Assembly (NCBI GenBank): GCA_020849325.1
Contig: JADLGL010000002.1
Coordinates: 413-64,412 of the forward strand
Source: Bauldia sp.
Lineage (GTDB): Bacteria; Pseudomonadota; Alphaproteobacteria; Rhizobiales; Kaistiaceae
DNA: 64,000 nucleotides
Direction of reading: 5' to 3'
Positions 62,808 through 64,000 of this stretch are shown here, in pieces. Position 1 is the first letter of the stretch; the number at the start of each line of letters is the position of its first letter. The notes under the pieces are model-generated. The model worked only from the letters and a program-made list of their open reading frames with translations, ran no database searches and had not been told where the DNA came from. The translations under genes were made by a program, and so were the position numbers.

Positions 62808-64000
62808 TAGCGCGAGGCGAGAACGCGCCGGTCGATGCGATAGATGTCGTATTGGGCGATCAGGAGATCGCCGCGGCTGCGGTCGATGGTCTCGATCCGC
62901 GTGGCCGTGCCGTAGGGCGTCTCGATTTCGATCTGGTTCTCGTCCTCGCCGACGCCGGCCGGCAGAACGAGGAGGTACGGCCCGGATCGGGCCTCGGCGG
63001 AGAGCGGCGGCTCCTGCTGCCAGCGCGCGGGCTCGCCGAGTTCGGCGACGGGGGCCGGCTGGGTCGGCTCGTAGAAGGACAGCCAGCCGGTGAGGGCGTA
63101 GTCCGGCGCGAAGATGAGCGTTGCGCCTTCGTCCTGCCGGACGGTTTCGATCTCGGCGGCGAGGTCGGCGATGCCGGCGCCCATGCGGCTCGCGGTCGGG
63201 TCCCAGTTGCCGAGCGGCAGGATGCCGGAGACCGTCTGGACGTAGATGGCGATGACGAGGAGGAGCCCGAGCGGCGCCGCGAACGGTCGCAGGGCCGCGA
63301 GCACGCGTCCCCAGGCGCCGCGCCAGTCGAGCGTGCCCACCGCCGCGGCGGCGATCGCGATCGCCGGATAGATCGGCCCGGTCCAGTTGCCCTCGACGCG
63401 GGCGTGAAGCGCGTGGAAGAGGAAATAGACGCTCATCGGCCAGACGAACGTGCCGAGAAGGAGCCACGGCGTCCGCGCGGCACCCTTCGCGGTGAAGAAC
63501 ACCACCAGCCCCGACCAGGCGAGCAGGAACACGATCGGCGTCGCCATGCCGAGTTCGGTGCCGAGGTGCTCGACGAGGTAGACGGGGGCAAAGCCGTTGC
63601 CGTCGTTCACGCGCCCGAACTGGTACTCGAAGCTCATCCATCCATTGGCGGCGTTCCATAGAATGTTCGGAAGGAACACGAGGAGGCCGAGCGCGGCGCC
63701 GAGCCAGGGGGCCGGCGTCCGCAGCACCGGCCGCATCCGCGGATCGAGGACGAGCCAGAGGAAGATCGACGGGTACCAGAACAGCGCCGTGTATTTCGCA
63801 AGGCACCCGACGCCGACGGTCGCCCCCGCCGCGAGCCACCAGCCGGCCGCGCCCGACTTCGCGGCTTTGGCGAGGAAGAACAGGACGAACGCGGCGGCGA
63901 TGAGGAGCGGCGAATCGGGCGTCGACAGGATTGTGCCGACGGCGAGGATCAGCGTGACGTTGAAGAACAGCGCCGCGAAAGCCGCAATGCGCCGGTCGTC
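62807..64000 (-). CDS. Polytopic membrane glycosyltransferase, GT39/GT83 (ArnT/PMT-like); N-terminus beyond the right window edge
   Basis: Track ORF 62807..63736 starts at an internal Met. The same frame stays open to base 64000 (my translation: ...FFNVTLILAVGTILSTPDSPLLIAAAFVLFFLAKAAKSGAAGWWLAAGATVGVGCLAKYTALFWYPSIFLWLVLDPRMRPVLR...). Confidence 0.75.
   Translation of the reverse strand, partial: DDRRIAAFAALFFNVTLILAVGTILSTPDSPLLIAAAFVLFFLAKAAKSGAAGWWLAAGATVGVGCLAKYTALFWYPSIFLWLVLDPRMRPVLRTPAPWLGAALGLLVFLPNILWNAANGWMSFEYQFGRVNDGNGFAPVYLVEHLGTELGMATPIVFLLAWSGLVVFFTAKGAARTPWLLLGTFVWPMSVYFLFHALHARVEGNWTGPIYPAIAIAAAAVGTLDWRGAWGRVLAALRPFAAPLGLLLVIAIYVQTVSGILPLGNWDPTASRMGAGIADLAAEIETVRQDEGATLIFAPDYALTGWLSFYEPTQPAPVAELGEPARWQQEPPLSAEARSGPYLLVLPAGVGEDENQIEIETPYGTATRIETIDRSRGDLLIAQYDIYRIDRRVLASR

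Overview
High-GC alphaproteobacterial chromosomal segment whose gene order resembles Rhizobiales. I call 49 protein genes and one tRNA. All calls come from reading the sequence and from motif recognition; no homology search was run. There is no transposase, integrase, phage gene, CRISPR array or rRNA, so this reads as conserved core genome rather than an accessory island, and I do not see a clear novel multi-gene system. Gene content, left to right: (1) a cellulose synthase operon on the minus strand: BcsN-like lipoprotein, bcsA, bcsB, bcsZ, then a TPR-like BcsK-like gene that runs off the left edge; the last four are chained by 4-nt start/stop overlaps. (2) A 720-bp lower-GC spacer, tRNA-Val(CAC), and a lipidated subtilase autotransporter. 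(3) Housekeeping genes: gph, rpiA, gor, class II DAHP synthase. (4) A livHM-SBP-GF ABC transporter operon. (5) A BtrH_N/DUF4872-like gene and a secreted DUF1028-TPR gene. (6) A DivJ-like kinase, a UDG-family gene, an Lrp regulator, an AlkD-like gene, an oxidoreductase, mrp/apbC, an orphan HerA-like ATPase, a retropepsin-like protease, dusA and pepN. (7) A PleC-like kinase. (8) glnE translationally coupled to an OmpR/HAMP two-component pair. (9) degP and ccmI-E-F-H (cycHJKL-type). (10) A FeuNPQ-like module, ycgN, a class A PBP, phoX and a GT39/83-type glycosyltransferase that runs off the right edge. The features most worth follow-up are small and regulatory: (a) a perfect GTTC-N7-GTTC LexA-type box upstream of an unannotated 48-codon membrane ORF, a candidate SOS-induced small membrane protein; (b) a consensus sigma-54 promoter upstream of the DUF1028-TPR gene; (c) three GANTC sites within 30 bp upstream of the PleC-like kinase; (d) phased Pho boxes upstream of phoX; (e) an exact 10-bp direct repeat at 11-bp period upstream of the FeuN-like gene; (f) at least three families of palindromic mosaic intergenic repeats sitting at gene 3' ends and operon boundaries. 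One of these families shows compensatory stem substitutions between copies.
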